Both the position numbers and the translations under genes were made by a program. A stretch of DNA of 64,000 nucleotides, from NCBI RefSeq assembly GCF_000315625.1, contig NW_005434609.1, forward strand, positions 1-64,000, in the 5' to 3' direction. The notes under the pieces are model-generated. The model was given only the letters and a program-made list of their open reading frames with translations, was not told where the DNA came from and made no database searches. Shown in pieces: positions 60,958 through 64,000 of the stretch (positions are counted from its first letter, which is position 1; every line of letters begins with the position of its first letter). This DNA comes from Guillardia theta CCMP2712 (taxonomy: Eukaryota; Protista; Cryptophyta).

Positions 60958-63900
60958 CTATCGTTGAGTGAGCCGGACCAAGTTTGCGTAGATGCTGTCG
61001 GGCGTGAGGGTCCTCAGCAGCTCCTCGTGTGTTCCCAGCTCCACCACTCTCCCAGCTGATATGCCGGCAATGCAGTCAGAGCTCTGAATGGTAGAGAGGC
61101 GATGAGCGATGACGAGGGTGGTCCGTCCTATTGAGGCCTGCGCGAGTGCCTCCTGCACCAGACGTTCGCTCGCGGTATCCAATGCCGACGTCGCCTCATC
61201 GAGCAGCAAGATCTTGGGGTCTCTCACCAGTGCTCGGGCTATCGCTACCCTCTGCTTCTGCCCTCCACTCAGCTTCGACCCTCCTGTACCGCACTGGGTC
61301 GCGTAACCCTCCGGGAGCTTGGAGATGAAGTCATGGGCGTTGGCCTTGCGGCAAGCAGCTTCACAATCCTCCATGGTCAGAGTGCCGTCAGCCTTCCCGT
61401 ACTGAATGTTGTCGAAGATGCTGCAGTTGAAGAGCACGGGCTCTTGCGAGACCACACCGAGGATGCTCCGGTACCAGTTGAGGTCCAGCCGTGAGACGTC
61501 TGTCCCATCCAGCAGCACAGTTCCGCTGAAGGGGTCGTAGAAACGTTGAACCATCTGATCCAGCTCTCAGGAGTTGCTGGGTTAGAGCAGGACGAGTTCA
61601 AGTCACCTGGATGAGGGTGCTCTTGCCGCACCCGCTCTCCCCGACTAGCGCCATGATGCTGCCAGCAGGTACCTTGAGCGTTAGGCCCTGCAGCACCTTT
61701 GCTTCCGGCCGCGACGGGTAGCTGAAGTGGATGTCGACGAAGTCGATCTCTCCCCGCACCTGATCCAGGCGTTCGCCATCGACCTAACGCAGAGGCTGTC
61801 AGCGAAGGAAGCACGTTGATGCCGCACTCGCCCTCTCCTCGTCCTCCTTCGTATCCAGCAGACTGAAGATCGACTTCACTGCAGCCGCCACCTTGTTGGC
61901 GTCAGGAGCGAAGGTCAAAGCTTCACCGAGCCCCATGCATGCGAGGACGATGCCCCAGAAGGCCTGCAAGGAGCTGAGAAATGTCGCTCGCTGCTGCTGG
62001 GCTCACCTGCATCATCTGCCCGAAGCCGTAGCTCGTGTTGAGCGCAACCTCGCACACTGAGAAGTCTGCATACTGCGAGCTCGCGACGAGCTCTGGGGCA
62101 GGCTGGGTCAGGAGGCGCTGACTCAGCACCGGTCTCACCTTGGCAGGTGACCTGGAGCTCCGACTCGCTCAGCCTCCACTCCATGCTGGCGACGAGCTTC
62201 CCTCCGTACCAGAAGCCCAACGCGTAGACCCAGTACTGCACCGCCTGCGAGCACCCGAAGGCACCGCCGGCCAGGTTGGCCTTGCGGATGCCGCGGCGGA
62301 GGGAGGCGGAGAGACTCTCCTCGTAGCGCTTCATGAAGCTCTTCTCCAGGGTGAAGGCTGCAATCGTCCTACGATTCTCAAGGGTTTCACTCAGCACCTG
62401 AAACTAGGTCATGGCGCAAGAAGAGTGAAGAATTTAGTAGGACCGAGGCCGAGGAGTCATCCTTGGTGTCTTCAAGTCCGTGCATCATGAGGGTCTGCTC
62501 CACGAGAACTCCCAAGGTCATGATGGGCAGGCAGGCGATGACAACCAGCGACAACTTCCAGCCCGCGACTAGTCCGACGACGATGCCTGATGCATGCCAT
62601 GAGCGAGCAAGGGGGAGGAGTCAGGGAGGAGGGAAAGTCTGAGGAGGAGGAAGAAAGGAGGAAGAAGGGGAGGAGGAAGAAGGGGAGGAGGAAAAAAGAG
62701 GAAGAAGGGAGGAGAATTCAGTAGAGGACCGGAAACGAGCGTGACAAGGTTGCCGAAGAAGAGTCCTAACTTCTCTGCGCATGCTCCCTTCACCTGTCCA
62801 AGGGATCAGACAAAACCTCAGCCGCCATCCAGCAGACCTCGTTGGCTTCTACAGCAAGTCTGGAGCAGAGAGCTCCGCTGCTGTTCTTGAGCTCGTCAAA
62901 GTAGGCGATCTTGAGCGTTAGCATCTGCGATGCGTGTGAAGGAGGAGGAACAAGAAGAGTCCTGCTTGATGAGACAAGGACGACGAAGATGATGATGAGG
63001 CAGAAGCAGAGGGAAACGAAGTCTGAGAGACATGCGGGAGAGTGTCGAGCAGGGAGGGAAGGGGGGGGGGGGGGGAGGATGATGATGGTGATGGTGGTGG
63101 TGGTGGTGGTGATGATGATGATGACGACGACGACGATCAACAATGAATACGATTATGATCTTGATGATGGTGATGATGATGCTGAGGAGCAAGAGTTCAG
63201 ACATTACCTTCCTGAAGCTCGCATCCCTTAATCTTCTCGTGAGTCGTTCGCCAACAACAGAGAAGAGAGCGAGTTGTCCTACTTTACAGCAGCCTGCAGT
63301 GATCCCAAGAATCGCGAGCGCGATGGCTGAAGCTGATACGTTCGAACTAACCTGTTCCACGTTCCTTCATCTCCTCCTCCTCCTCCTCCTCCTCCTCCTC
63401 CTCCTCCCTCCTTTCTCTTCCTCCTGTACCTTGCTAGTTCCTTCAGCTCCTTGAAGTCCCGTCATGGCACGAGAAAAGAACAAGGCAAAGATGGGATATG
63501 CGCAACCATAACCGCCCGCAAAGAGGATGCCAAGAATGACAATCTGACGAGTTTTCAGACCCACTACCTCTTCTGACCTCTCCTCCTGTCCTATATTATC
63601 CTTCTCTCCCTCTACCCTCCCCGTACCTAATCCCCTGCTTCCTGTTCCTCCTCCGCCGCCCCTCCACTCCTTCGATCTTCTCGCCTCTCCCGCCTCTCCC
63701 TCTTACCCCCATCTCAGGACGATTATACGACAACAGTCGCCACGTGCCCACAGAAGGACCTGATGGTAGACAAAATGCGTCAAGTGGCGAAGAAAATGGC
63801 AAGAGCGATGAAAGAGGAGGAGAGAGAAGAGGAGAGAGAGAGAGAGTGAGCAAACATCGTAAAGAAGCTCTCGATCTGTTCGGGCTGACCTTCGGATCTT

Positions 63901-64000
63901 GTCTCTTCCAGGTTCTCCTCTTCCTTGTTCTCCTTCTGCAGCGCGGCAAACGACTCGCTTGCTATCTCGTCGAGCTCAGTCACATTCTCGCCACAGGTCT
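60958..64000 (-). CDS. ABCB1: ABCB (MDR/P-glycoprotein) transporter, 3' half; continues beyond the window
   Basis: [53 protein letters not shown], second TMD ([14 protein letters not shown]). Confidence 0.95.

Overview
Gene-dense, intron-rich eukaryotic nuclear DNA. Short GT-AG introns filled with purine/pyrimidine microsatellites and bipartite signal+transit presequences (ATC-FAP, VSG-FVM) point to a cryptophyte (Guillardia theta-like); this host call is an inference. Recognisable genes: a TFIIIC tau95-like protein, a plastid AhpC/TSA-like protein, radial spoke head 4/6, a lifeguard/BI-1 protein, BRWD/PHIP, a TPR-GT61 glycosyltransferase, a WW-PDZ-ARM protein, a PAS-guanylyl cyclase, mitochondrial RbfA, plastid DUF2358, a STIL-like protein, a multi-C2/WW/PDZ protein and the 3' half of an ABCB transporter. 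The main accessory region (about 4.8-14.6 kb) holds a 26-bp minisatellite and a ~6.8 kb nested pile of 5'-truncated, poly(A)-less non-LTR retroelement copies (restriction-like endonuclease, CRE-type) that appear to insert into themselves. Other highlights: a signal-peptide+NLS tau95 (candidate nucleomorph-targeted Pol III factor), a non-animal STIL with coiled coil and STAN-like motif, two presequences ending in ubiquitin-like LRGG|RS, and orientation-dependent GGGTA/TACCC blocks upstream of genes. Exon boundaries were read by eye and are approximate.
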